A stretch of DNA of 32,000 nt, taken from the NCBI RefSeq assembly GCF_000284115.1, contig NC_017080.1, forward strand, positions 1,920,001 to 1,952,000, written 5' to 3'. Source of the DNA: Phycisphaera mikurensis NBRC 102666 (lineage in GTDB: Bacteria; Planctomycetota; Phycisphaerae; Phycisphaerales; Phycisphaeraceae). The position numbers and the translations under genes were made by a program. The notes under the pieces were generated by a model. It saw only the letters and a program-made list of their open reading frames with translations. It ran no database searches and was not told where the DNA came from. This document shows positions 1-8,987 of the stretch, piece after piece; within the stretch, counting starts at the first letter, position 1; the number at the start of each line of letters is the position of its first letter.

Positions 1-547
1 CGTCCAGGTCGCCCGAGGCCAGCGGCGGCTTGGCGAGGTGGTCGATCACCATCGGCAGCCCGGGCAGCCGCTCGCACAGCTCCGGCACGAGCGGGAGGTG
101 CTTGGTGAGGATCAGCAGGTCGAAGCGGAGGCCACGCTCCCGCAGACGCTCCAGCCCGCGGAGCACCGCCGGGCTCAGCAGCCAGCGGTCGTCGGGCTCG
201 GCCTGGACGACGTGCCGGATGCCCCGGAGCTTCGGGCGCTCCGCGAGCTCGTCGAGCCGATCGTCCAGCGCCTCGGAGGTGAGGTCGACCCAACCGACGA
301 CGCCGGCGATCCGCGGGTGCGCTTCGGCGAGGTCGAGGTACCAGTCCGTCTCGGCGTCGCTGTGCGTCGCCTGCACGAGCACCGAGCGGGCGAAACCGGC
401 GGGGCCGTCGCGGCGGGCGAGCTCGGGGGCGAGGCGGGCCGGCCCGAAGTCCTCCGTCAGCGGCTCCATCCCCGGGCTGATCCAGTCCTGCGGGTTGCGG
501 GCGTGCTCCCAGAAGTGCTGGTGGGCGTCGATGAAGGCTTCGGGCAT
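1..547 (-). CDS. Amidohydrolase family 2 protein, L-fuconolactonase-like (partial, runs off left edge)
   Basis: Not in the ORF track because it is open at the edge. Manual minus-strand reading from ATG at 547: MPEAFIDAHQHFWEHARNPQDWISPGMEPLTEDFGPARLAPELARRDGPAGFARSVLVQATHSDAETDWYLDLAEAHPRIAGVVGWVDLTSE... DAHQHFW and GVVGWVDL are typical of amidohydrolase-2 lactonases. TGATG overlap with the upstream fucU-like gene. Confidence 0.85.
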   Translation of the reverse strand, partial: MPEAFIDAHQHFWEHARNPQDWISPGMEPLTEDFGPARLAPELARRDGPAGFARSVLVQATHSDAETDWYLDLAEAHPRIAGVVGWVDLTSEALDDRLDELAERPKLRGIRHVVQAEPDDRWLLSPAVLRGLERLRERGLRFDLLILTKHLPLVPELCERLPGLPMVIDHLAKPPLASGDLD

Positions 548-1011
548 CAGGCGGCTCCGGGGGCGGGCTGCACGACGCCGATCGTGAGCAGGATGTTCGC
601 GAAGAGCGCCTGCTCGCCGGTGGCGATGACCAGGCAGAGATCCTCGGACATCGCCTCGCGGTTGAAGGCCGGCTTCTGCAAGGCGTCGAAGCCGCCGGTG
701 AAGCCCGCCCGCTCGGCGAGCACGCGGCGGTAGTGCGCCCAGACCGGCGGGTCGCCGGTCATCGCGTAAGCGCCCTCGCGCTCGGGCTCCATCACCGCCA
801 CCGCCTCGACGGGCACGGCGTCGCACACCAGCTCCAGGGCCGTGGCCCCGCCGAGCAGGCCCGGCCGGAAGTTCGCCCAGACCGTGGAGGCGGCGGGATT
901 CCGCCGCGTGCTGTGCGGGTAGTTGCCGTCGGTGATGAGCACGCGGGCGAGGTGCCCGGCGCGGCCGAGGACGCCGAGGATCTCGGGGTGGGTGAGGGAG
1001 GTCTTGAGCAT
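547..1011 (-). CDS. fucU: RbsD/FucU family sugar mutarotase, probable L-fucose mutarotase
   Basis: 154 aa, MLKTSLTHPEILGVLGRAGHLARVLITDGNYPHS...; the GH...D.NYP pattern is the RbsD/FucU signature; lies in a fucose gene context. Confidence 0.85.
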   Translation of the reverse strand: MLKTSLTHPEILGVLGRAGHLARVLITDGNYPHSTRRNPAASTVWANFRPGLLGGATALELVCDAVPVEAVAVMEPEREGAYAMTGDPPVWAHYRRVLAERAGFTGGFDALQKPAFNREAMSEDLCLVIATGEQALFANILLTIGVVQPAPGAA

Positions 1012-1039
1012 CGGGAGCCTGGGCCTTGGACCCGTGGAT

Positions 1040-2053
1040 TCAAGCGACTTCGATCATCGCCTTGATGAGGCCGGGCTGCTTCGCGAGCCCCCCGAAGCGG
1101 TCGACCACCCCGGACAGCGGCAGCCGGTGCGTGATCCACGGTGCCGTGTCGATCTCGCCGGCCTCGACCATCGCGATCGTCCGCCGGAAGGCCTCCGGCG
1201 TGGAATTGCGGCTGGCGAACAGCGTCAGCTCGCGCTTGTGGAAGTTCGTGTCGTCGAAGGTGAGATCGCCCCGGAAGAAGCCGATGAAGACGATCCGGCC
1301 GCCGTGCGCCACGAGCTCGAAGCCGGCGGCCATCGAGCCGGCGTGGCCGGTGGCGTCGAAGAGCGCGGTGGGGAGGTCGCCGCCGTTGATCTCGCGGAGC
1401 GCCGCGGCCGCGTCTCTGCCGGCGGGGTTGAGCGTGCGGGCGACCCCCAGCACGTCGCGGCAGAAGGCGAGCCGCTCGTCGCTTAGGTCCATGACGATGA
1501 CGTCCGCGCCGCGGGCGAGGAGGAACTGGATCGCCGTGAGGCCGATCGGCCCCGCACCGACGACCAGCGCCGTCTCGCCCGCCTCCACGCCCCCGCGGTC
1601 GACCGCATGGCACCCGATGGTCAGCGTCTCGATGAGGGCGAGCTGGTCGAAGCTCAGCGACGCCGAGGGGTGCAGGTTCGCCGCGGGCACGACGAAGCGC
1701 TCGCGCATCCCGCCGTCCGCGTGCACGCCCAGCACCGCGATGTTCTCGCACGCGTTGGTCCTCCCGCGGCGGCAGGCGATGCAGCGGCCGCAGGCCATCA
1801 CCGGAGCGACGCAGCAACGGCAGCCTGTGGGCAGATCCACGCCCTCGCCCGCCTCCACCACCTCCACCCCGAGCTCGTGGCCGAGGATCCGCGGGTAGGA
1901 GAAGAAGGGCTGCCGGCCGGTGAAGGCGTGCAGGTCGGTGCCGCACACCCCCAGGCGGTGCACCCGGACGAGGGCTTCGCCCGGGCCGGGCGCGGGGTCG
2001 GGAGCCTCCAGCGCCTCGAAGCGGCCGGGCTCGGCGAGGGAAACGGTGAGCAT
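1040..2053 (-). CDS. Zinc-binding medium-chain alcohol/sugar dehydrogenase
   Basis: 337 aa; GVCGTDLHAFTG, GHEL, structural Zn Cys cluster CGRCIACRRGRTNAC, Rossmann VVGAGPIGL. Confidence 0.88.
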   Translation of the reverse strand: MLTVSLAEPGRFEALEAPDPAPGPGEALVRVHRLGVCGTDLHAFTGRQPFFSYPRILGHELGVEVVEAGEGVDLPTGCRCCVAPVMACGRCIACRRGRTNACENIAVLGVHADGGMRERFVVPAANLHPSASLSFDQLALIETLTIGCHAVDRGGVEAGETALVVGAGPIGLTAIQFLLARGADVIVMDLSDERLAFCRDVLGVARTLNPAGRDAAAALREINGGDLPTALFDATGHAGSMAAGFELVAHGGRIVFIGFFRGDLTFDDTNFHKRELTLFASRNSTPEAFRRTIAMVEAGEIDTAPWITHRLPLSGVVDRFGGLAKQPGLIKAMIEVA

Positions 2054-3000
2054 CAGCGGTTCTCCTGGATGCCCGAGGGCCAGCTTTGGTTGTGGACGGG
2101 CTCGAGCACGGCCAGCACGTCGGCGAGCAGCTCCTCGTCAATGGGGTCGCTCAGCGCCTCCACGTTGCTCTGCATGCGGGCGGGGCTGGCCGAGCTCACC
2201 AGCGTGCTGGCGATCCTCAGCTCGGCGACGGCGTACTGCACCGCGAGCTTCTCGATGCGGGCGCCACGCCGCTCGCAGAGCTCCGCGGCGGCTTCGCACG
2301 CGGCCTGCAGCTCCTTCGGCGCCGGGTGCCACGCGGGCGCCCCGCGGTGCGTCAGCAGGCCCATCGCCAGCGGCGACGCGTTGATCACGCCGATGCCGGC
2401 GGCCTCGAGGGCGGGCAGGGCGTCGAGCAGCGCGGTGTCGTGGAGGCCGTAGCGGCAGTACGAGAGCACCGTGTCGATCGAGCCGGCGTCGACCCGGTCC
2501 ACCACGGCCAGCACGACCTCCAGCGGGAGGCCGGTGATCCCCACGAAGCGGGCTTTGCCCGCCTCCACCGCCCGGCGCATCGCGGGGATGCACTCTTCGA
2601 CGACGACGTCGAGGTCGCCGAACTCGACGTCGTGGGCCTGGATCAGGTCGACGTGGTCGACCCCGAGGCGGCCGAGGCTCTCGTCGATGCTTCGGGTGAT
2701 CCGATCCCCGGTGAAGTCGAAGTCCGGGGCTTCGGGTCCGTACCGTCCGCACTTCGTGGCGAGCACATAGCGGTCGCGCTGGACGCCCCGCAGCGCCCTG
2801 CCGAGCACCGTCTCCGCCTTGGTCAGCCCGTAGTAGGGCGCGACGTCGATGAGGTTGATGCCCAGGTCCAGCGCGTGGTGGACGGTGCGGATGCCCTCGG
2901 ATTCGTCGATGTCGCGGAAGACGCCGCCGAGGGAGGAGGCGCCGAAGCCCAGGGAGGAGACTTGGAGGCCGGTGCGGCCGAGGGATCTTCGTTCGAGCAT
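2053..3000 (-). CDS. Aldo/keto reductase, D-threo-aldose 1-dehydrogenase / L-fucose dehydrogenase-like
   Basis: MLERRSLGRTGLQVSSLGFGASSLGGVFR... DVAPYYGLTKAETVLGRAL... DLIQAHD; 315 aa from ATG at 3000 (the track ORF extends upstream without support). TGATG overlap with the dehydrogenase gene. Confidence 0.87.
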   Translation of the reverse strand: MLERRSLGRTGLQVSSLGFGASSLGGVFRDIDESEGIRTVHHALDLGINLIDVAPYYGLTKAETVLGRALRGVQRDRYVLATKCGRYGPEAPDFDFTGDRITRSIDESLGRLGVDHVDLIQAHDVEFGDLDVVVEECIPAMRRAVEAGKARFVGITGLPLEVVLAVVDRVDAGSIDTVLSYCRYGLHDTALLDALPALEAAGIGVINASPLAMGLLTHRGAPAWHPAPKELQAACEAAAELCERRGARIEKLAVQYAVAELRIASTLVSSASPARMQSNVEALSDPIDEELLADVLAVLEPVHNQSWPSGIQENR

Positions 3001-3094
3001 GGCTTCAGCGGTGCAGAGCATTGACAGCGAGGCGGCGGGCCGCTTAAGTAGGTTACCGCGGCGTCTTGGACGCTGATACCCCTCAGGATCGCAC

Positions 3095-3838
3095 ATGCCA
3101 CAGACTCCCCATCGCCTGCTGCTCGCTCTCTGGTCCGCGGCATGCCTCGCGGGCACCGCCTCCGCCGACTTCGCGGCGGACTTCGACGGCCTCGCGGCCG
3201 GGGAAGGCCCCGGAGGTGCCTGGATCGTCGACGGCACGGTTGAGGCCGCCGCCGCCGGCGGCGGGGAGGCGCTGCGCCTGCGCTCCGAGGGCAACGACTC
3301 CTCCGCCACGGCGCGGCGGCCGGTCGAGATGGTTGCGGGCGAGGAAGCCTGGACGGCTTCGGTGGACTGGTGCCCGGGCAGCTGGAGCAAGCCCGGCGTC
3401 GTCTTGGAGCTGACGCAGCCCAACGCGAACCAGCGTCTGTTCCGGATCACGACCCTCAGCGGGAAGAACACCTTCCGCGCGACCGACTGGCCCGGCGGCG
3501 AAGAGACCGACACGCCGATCGGGGAGGACTACAAGAAGGACCACTGGTACCGCGTCACCGCCACCGGCACGCTCGGCGAGCCGGAGTACGCCGTGAGGAT
3601 CGTCGAGCGGGGCCGCGAGAACGCTGCGGACGGAGAGGTCGTCTTCGATTCGGCCGGGGGGCCGAAGCTCCGCGTCAACCCGTCCGTGCGGGAGCCGAGC
3701 CTGCTGGGCTTCGGCGTCTGGCAGGGCCAGGGACCGGAGGGGTACGAGATCCTGGTCGACAACGTCAGCTTCACCTCCGGCAGCCCTGCCGCCGCCGACG
3801 CCGGCGGCGACCCGGAGCCACCCGCCGAGCCGGAATGA
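3095..3838 (+). CDS. Secreted beta-sandwich-like protein of unknown function
   Basis: 247 aa with apparent signal peptide MPQTPHRLLLALWSAACLAGTASA|DF; no catalytic motif recognised; proline/acid-rich C-terminus. Confidence 0.7.
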   Translation: MPQTPHRLLLALWSAACLAGTASADFAADFDGLAAGEGPGGAWIVDGTVEAAAAGGGEALRLRSEGNDSSATARRPVEMVAGEEAWTASVDWCPGSWSKPGVVLELTQPNANQRLFRITTLSGKNTFRATDWPGGEETDTPIGEDYKKDHWYRVTATGTLGEPEYAVRIVERGRENAADGEVVFDSAGGPKLRVNPSVREPSLLGFGVWQGQGPEGYEILVDNVSFTSGSPAAADAGGDPEPPAEPE

Positions 3839-3888
3839 ATCGAGGATCGGCCGGCCCGCCGGCCCGCCAGCGCCACCTGGAACGCAAG

Positions 3889-5403
3889 ATGATCGCAACG
3901 ACACAGGAGGCTCCCGGCGCCGCGCACGCTCCCGACGCCGGGGCGGGGCGGTTCGAAGCGACCTGGGCTTCCCTCGGGCAGTTCGAGATCCCGGACTGGT
4001 ATCGCGACGCGAAGCTTGGGATCTTCATCCACTGGGGCGTCGCATCGGTGCCGGCGTACAAGAGCGAGTGGTACCCCAAGTGGATGTACCAGCGGGACAG
4101 CGAGTTCTTCGCGTACCACGCGGAGACGCACGGACCTCAGGGCACGTTCGGCTTCAAGGACTTCATCCCCGGCTTCACCATGTCCGCCTGGGACCCGGCG
4201 GCCTGGGCCGAGCTGTTCGAGGCCTCGGGCGCCCGCTACGTCGTCCCGGTGGCGGAGCACCACGACGGCATCGCCCACTACGACTACAGCAAGTCCCGCT
4301 GGACGACCCTGAAGGTCGGGCCCCGGCGCGACCTGATCCGCGAGCTCGGGGACGCCGTCCGCGGGCGGGGCCTCAAGTACGGCGTGTCGTCGCACCGGGC
4401 GTACAACTGGCGGTTCTACACGTACGAGGACGGCTTCGACACGACCGATCCGGCCTTCAGCGATCTCTACGCGCGGCCGCACGCCCCGGACGAGGCGGCG
4501 GACGAGCCCTTCCTCCGCGACTGGCTCGCGCGCACCGAGGAGCTCGTCGACAAGTACCGACCCGACCTGGTCTGGTTCGACTGGTGCATCGGCTGGCCCG
4601 AGTTCGAGCCGTACCGCCGGGCGTTCGCGGCGCACTACTACAACGCCGCGGACCGCTGGGGCAAAGAGGTGGTGGTCAACTACAAGGAGGAGGACTTCGC
4701 CCCGGGCACCGGCGTCTTCGACATCGAACGCGGGCAGCTCGACGAGATCCGCGCGGACTTCTGGCAGACCGACACGTCGATCTCGCGCAACGGCTGGGCC
4801 TACAACGAGGACCCCGGCAACAAGTCGGCGACGTCGCTGCTGCACGACCTGATGGACGTGATCAGCAAGAACGGCTGCCTGCTGCTGAACATCGGACCGC
4901 GACCCGACGGAACCATCACCCAGGAGCAGGAAGACGTGCTCCGGACGATGGGGGCCTGGCTGCGGCAGAACGGCGAAGCGGTGTACGGAACCCGCCCCTG
5001 GAAGGTCTTCGGCGAAGGGCCCACCCGCGTCAAGGCCGGAACCTTCCAGGAGAAGGAGAACGCGGGTTTCACGCCGGAGGATCTGCGCTTCACGGCGTCC
5101 GGGGACACGCTCTACGCGACGACGCTCGGCGTGCCGAGCGGAGACCGGCTGCTGGTCCGTTCGCTGGGCTCGACCCTGAAGCTGCTGCTCGGCGACGTGC
5201 TCAGCGTCGAGATGCTCGGCCACGACGGGCCGCTCGCGTGGGAGCGCGGCGCTGATGGCCTGGCGGTGACGCTCCCCCCGCTCGACCACGCCCGCCACGG
5301 CATCGCGCTGCGGATCCGGACGCGGCCGCCGGAGGCGCCGAAGCGGACGGCGGACGCGGCGGGCTCCCACACCGCCGACAACGACATCGATTCGGCGGTC
5401 TGA
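3889..5403 (+). CDS. Alpha-L-fucosidase, GH29 family
   Basis: RFEATWASLGQFEIPDWYRDAKLGIFIHWGVASVPAYKSEWYPKWMY...YVVPVAEHHDGIAHYDY...SKNGCLLLNIGPRPDGTI. No signal peptide. An alternative in-frame ATG at 3835 overlaps the previous stop as ATGA. Confidence 0.92.
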   Translation: MIATTQEAPGAAHAPDAGAGRFEATWASLGQFEIPDWYRDAKLGIFIHWGVASVPAYKSEWYPKWMYQRDSEFFAYHAETHGPQGTFGFKDFIPGFTMSAWDPAAWAELFEASGARYVVPVAEHHDGIAHYDYSKSRWTTLKVGPRRDLIRELGDAVRGRGLKYGVSSHRAYNWRFYTYEDGFDTTDPAFSDLYARPHAPDEAADEPFLRDWLARTEELVDKYRPDLVWFDWCIGWPEFEPYRRAFAAHYYNAADRWGKEVVVNYKEEDFAPGTGVFDIERGQLDEIRADFWQTDTSISRNGWAYNEDPGNKSATSLLHDLMDVISKNGCLLLNIGPRPDGTITQEQEDVLRTMGAWLRQNGEAVYGTRPWKVFGEGPTRVKAGTFQEKENAGFTPEDLRFTASGDTLYATTLGVPSGDRLLVRSLGSTLKLLLGDVLSVEMLGHDGPLAWERGADGLAVTLPPLDHARHGIALRIRTRPPEAPKRTADAAGSHTADNDIDSAV

Positions 5404-5892
5404 AGAGCCGGCCGGACCGCGGCCGCGGCGTCGCCTCCGCCGCGTCGGCCATGCCCCGGCACCGCGAGATCGATCGCCTTGTGCGCCCGCTTCTGGCGGC
5501 GTGCAGTCGCTTCGGTGTGCGGCGGTCCGCTGCCGGGAGGACGAGAAGAAAAGCCAGGGAATTGCGAAGGAAAAGCTTGATCGAGGTTGGCGTTTTGCTA
5601 AATTCGCCTCGTCGTCCTGCGGCCGACGGCTTCGGGCATCGGCAAAAGGAAACGGGTCCTGTTCTTACCGGGAGCCGGACACGATTTGAGCGGATCCCGC
5701 CGTGGGCGGCGGGTCCGCTCGGCGGGAAGAGGTGCCGCATGGCAGGGCTTCCCGGCTGTGGTTCGAGAGGACCCCGGAGCCCCCGGGCTCGCACCTCGGA
5801 GGCACCGGCACGCGCGACGCTTCCGGTCGACACGCCGCAACGCGGGACGGCAGGCAGCCGACGGACCTCCGGGTCCGCCGGTCGCTTGCGGG

Positions 5893-7407
5893 TCACGCCG
5901 ACCCGGCCGTCAGCGCGGTGGGGAGGGCCGCCATCTCCGGGTACCGGTCGTCCGCGTCGCCGAGCTCTTCCTTCAGCGCCAGCAGCTGCTTCTTGAGCCC
6001 GGCGATCACCGCCGCGCAGGCGGGGTCGTCGATGCGGTTGACGTTCTCCGCCGGGTCCGACCGCAGGTCGTAGTACTCCCACCCCGGCGGCGTGCTGCCG
6101 GGGAGCGCGTCCGTGGCGTCCAGCGGCAGGCCGTAAAAGTGGATGAGCTTGTGGTCCCGGGTCCGCAGCCCGTAGTGCGCGGGGTTGTGGTGGTGGGCCA
6201 TGTGCATCCAGTAGCGGTAGTAGACGCCCTTTGGCCAGTCCTCGGCGGCATCGCCCGCGAGATTCGCCCGGAAGCTGCGGCCCTGCATCGCATCGGGTGC
6301 GGCGAGGCCGGCGTAGTCCAGCAGCGTCGGGGCGAAGTCGACGTTGCTGATCATGTCCCCGTTGGTGCCGCCGGCGGGGATCTCGCCGGGGAGCCGTGCG
6401 ATCAGCGGCATCCGCATCGCCTCGTCGTAGATCCAGCGCTTGTCGATGTAGTCGTGCTCGCCGAGGAACATGCCCTGGTCGGATGTGTAGAGGACCAGCG
6501 TGTCCTCCGCGAGGCCCTCTTCTTCGAGCGTGTCGAGCAGCCGCCCCACGCCCTCGTCGATGGCGGCGCAGCAGCGGAGGTAGTCCTTCAGGTACTTCTG
6601 GTACGCGGCTCGCGTCCGGCCGTCGGCGTCGAGGCCGCGGACGTCCAGCGGGCCCGTGGGGTAGGCGGGATCGCTCATCCGCAGGATCGCGTTGCGGACC
6701 GGGTTGCGGTCGGACACCGAAGTCCCGTGGTGGCGCGTGCAGGGGGCGCGGCGGGCGTGGTCTTCCCAGAGGTTGTCCGGCTCGGGGACGTCCACCCCGT
6801 CGAAGAGGTGCTCGTGCCGCGGGTGGTACTCGAAGTCGTCGTGCGGGGCCTTGTGGTGGCAGCAGAACAGGAAGGGCCGGTCGCGGTCTCGGTTCCGCAA
6901 CGCCTCCACGGTGAAGTCGGTCACCAGGTCGGTGACGTAGCCGCGGTGCCGGGTCCCGCCCTCGCTGTGGTGGGCGTGGTAGGAGGATGCCCAATCGTCT
7001 CCGGGACCGAGGAAGTGCGGATTGAAGTACACGCCCTGGCCGGGGAGGACGCGGTAATCGTCGAAGCCCGCGGGGGGGCAGTGGACGTGCCACTTCCCGT
7101 AGAGGCCCGTCTGGTACCCGGCCGCCCGCAGTCGTCGCGGGAAGGTGTCGGCGTCGGCGTCGAGGGCGTCGCTGAGCGTGCGGACGCCGCACGCGTGGCC
7201 GTGCAGGCCGGTGAGGATGGACGCCCGGCTGGGGGTGCAGATCGCGTTCGTGCAGAAGCACCGGTCCACCCGCACGCCGCCCGCGGCCAGCCGATCGAGG
7301 TGGGGCGTTCGGAAGACTTCCGCGAGGATCGAGCCGTACGCGCTGATCGCCGAGGCCGCGTGGTCGTCGGCCATGATCATCAGGATGTTCGGGCGTTTCT
7401 GCGGCAT
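5893..7407 (-). CDS. Sulfatase (Cys-type, formylglycine-dependent)
   Basis: MPQKRPNILMIMADDHAASAISAYG...NAICTPSRASILTGLHG: N-terminal metal-binding motif plus CxPSR maturation motif; 504 aa; no signal peptide from this start. Confidence 0.92.
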   Translation of the reverse strand: MPQKRPNILMIMADDHAASAISAYGSILAEVFRTPHLDRLAAGGVRVDRCFCTNAICTPSRASILTGLHGHACGVRTLSDALDADADTFPRRLRAAGYQTGLYGKWHVHCPPAGFDDYRVLPGQGVYFNPHFLGPGDDWASSYHAHHSEGGTRHRGYVTDLVTDFTVEALRNRDRDRPFLFCCHHKAPHDDFEYHPRHEHLFDGVDVPEPDNLWEDHARRAPCTRHHGTSVSDRNPVRNAILRMSDPAYPTGPLDVRGLDADGRTRAAYQKYLKDYLRCCAAIDEGVGRLLDTLEEEGLAEDTLVLYTSDQGMFLGEHDYIDKRWIYDEAMRMPLIARLPGEIPAGGTNGDMISNVDFAPTLLDYAGLAAPDAMQGRSFRANLAGDAAEDWPKGVYYRYWMHMAHHHNPAHYGLRTRDHKLIHFYGLPLDATDALPGSTPPGWEYYDLRSDPAENVNRIDDPACAAVIAGLKKQLLALKEELGDADDRYPEMAALPTALTAGSA

Positions 7408-7655
7408 GGCCGGCGACGTTAGCCGGAACAGGCGATTCGCCCTGTGGCGGGGTTCCCGGCGTTGCGACAACCGGGATGGGCGCAAGAAGACCGATGGCGT
7501 GCTCCCGCGGATCCGCCGGCTCGACATCGCCGCGAGGAGCCGCCGCAGTCGCAACGCGTGGTGCCGCGTCACGGCGGGCCGCAGCCGGTAGCATCGGCTC
7601 CTTTCCGCTTCCCGATCCCGCGGCAACGCCCGCGCCCTTAGGACACCCAGGCTCC

Positions 7656-8918
7656 ATGCTCGCACTCCAGAAACTCTCGTTCGGCGTCGGCGACCGCTTC
7701 GCCCACCAGGCCGCCGCTCAGCTCCGCGCCTTCCGCGAGCTCGAGAAGCTCGGGCCGGTGGTGACGCCGGTCTGGAACAAGAGCAACCGCGAGCACACCT
7801 TCATCGGCTCCGAGCCGGCGCAGGTGCGGGAAGCGGCGGCGGCGGCCGTCGAGGCGGCCGGGTGGTCGCACCCCTGGCACGTCGACGCGGATCACATCAA
7901 CCTCGGAACCGTCGACGCCTTCACCGGCTGCAGCGACTTCTTCACGATCGACGTGGCGGACGCGATCGGCAAGCCTTCCGACGCGTCCGACGTCGACGCC
8001 TTCATCGCCCGCCACCGCGAGCTGATCGGCACGCTGGAGATCGACGGCCTCGGCGAGCCGCTCACCATCACCGAAGCCGACGTCCGCGCGACCGCCGACC
8101 ACTTCCTGCTCGCGACCCGGCGGGCCGGCGAGGTGCACCGGCACATCGCGGCGCGCCGCGGCGACGCCGACTTCATCGCCGAGGTGTCGATGGACGAGAC
8201 GCCCGATCCGCAGACGCCCCCGGTGCTCCTGGTGATCCTCGCGGCGCTCGCCGACGCCGGGGTGCCGCTGCAGACGATCGCGCCCAAGTTCACCGGCCGC
8301 TTCAACAAGGGGGTCGACTACGTCGGCGACCTCGCCTGCTTCGAGCGGGAGTTCAACGACGACGTCGCGGTGATCCGGCACGCCGTGGCGGCCTACGGCC
8401 TGCCGGAGAACCTCAAGCTCTCCGTGCACAGCGGCAGCGACAAGTTCAGCCTCTACCCGATCATCCACCGCTCGATGCGGGCCACCGGGGCCGGCGTGCA
8501 CCTCAAGACCGCCGGGACGACGTGGCTGGAGGAGGTCATCGGCCTCGCCGAATCCGGCGGCGAGGCGCTCGACCTGGTCCGCGACATGTACGCCTACGCG
8601 CTGGGTCACGTGGAGGAGCTCTGCGCCCCCTACGCCGACGTCATCGACGTCGACCCCGCCGCGCTGCCGGGCGAGGACGAGGTCCGCGCCTGGGACGGGC
8701 CGCGCTTCGCGCAGGCGCTCCGCCACGTGCCCGGCGGCGCGGGGTTCGATCCCGCCGTCCGCCAGCTGATCCACGTCTCCTTCAAGGTCGCGGCCCGGGA
8801 GGGCGAGCGGTACACGCGGCTGCTGAAGGAGAACGAGGCGGTGGTGGGCGAGCAGGTGACCCAGAACCTGCTGGAGCGGCACATGAAGCCGCTGTTCCTG
8901 GGTTCCGCGGGCTCTTGA
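7656..8918 (+). CDS. Tagaturonate epimerase family protein (UxaE-like)
   Basis: 420 aa: KLSFGVGDRFAHQAAAQLRA...HVDADHINLGTVDAF...CSDFFTIDVAD...IAPKFTGRFNKGVDYVGD...LSVHSGSDKFSLYP; these resemble the UxaE family. Confidence 0.8.
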   Translation: MLALQKLSFGVGDRFAHQAAAQLRAFRELEKLGPVVTPVWNKSNREHTFIGSEPAQVREAAAAAVEAAGWSHPWHVDADHINLGTVDAFTGCSDFFTIDVADAIGKPSDASDVDAFIARHRELIGTLEIDGLGEPLTITEADVRATADHFLLATRRAGEVHRHIAARRGDADFIAEVSMDETPDPQTPPVLLVILAALADAGVPLQTIAPKFTGRFNKGVDYVGDLACFEREFNDDVAVIRHAVAAYGLPENLKLSVHSGSDKFSLYPIIHRSMRATGAGVHLKTAGTTWLEEVIGLAESGGEALDLVRDMYAYALGHVEELCAPYADVIDVDPAALPGEDEVRAWDGPRFAQALRHVPGGAGFDPAVRQLIHVSFKVAAREGERYTRLLKENEAVVGEQVTQNLLERHMKPLFLGSAGS

Positions 8919-8987
8919 CCGATTTCAGAAAGCGTCCACCGGCGGCTGCGCGTCCTGCGCGGGTGCCGAGGCGGGTTCGCCAGGCGG

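Noticed and set aside
30-733. Plus-strand ORFs over 30-587 and 38-733
   Set aside because: The minus strand encodes a clear amidohydrolase and FucU-family protein through this segment; the plus frames are shadows.
3529-5370. 613-aa minus-strand ORF opposite the fucosidase
   Set aside because: Antisense shadow; the plus frame has complete GH29 motifs.
5201-7657. 818-aa plus-strand ORF
   Set aside because: Overlaps the fucosidase end and lies opposite the sulfatase; Arg/Pro-rich shadow with no motif.
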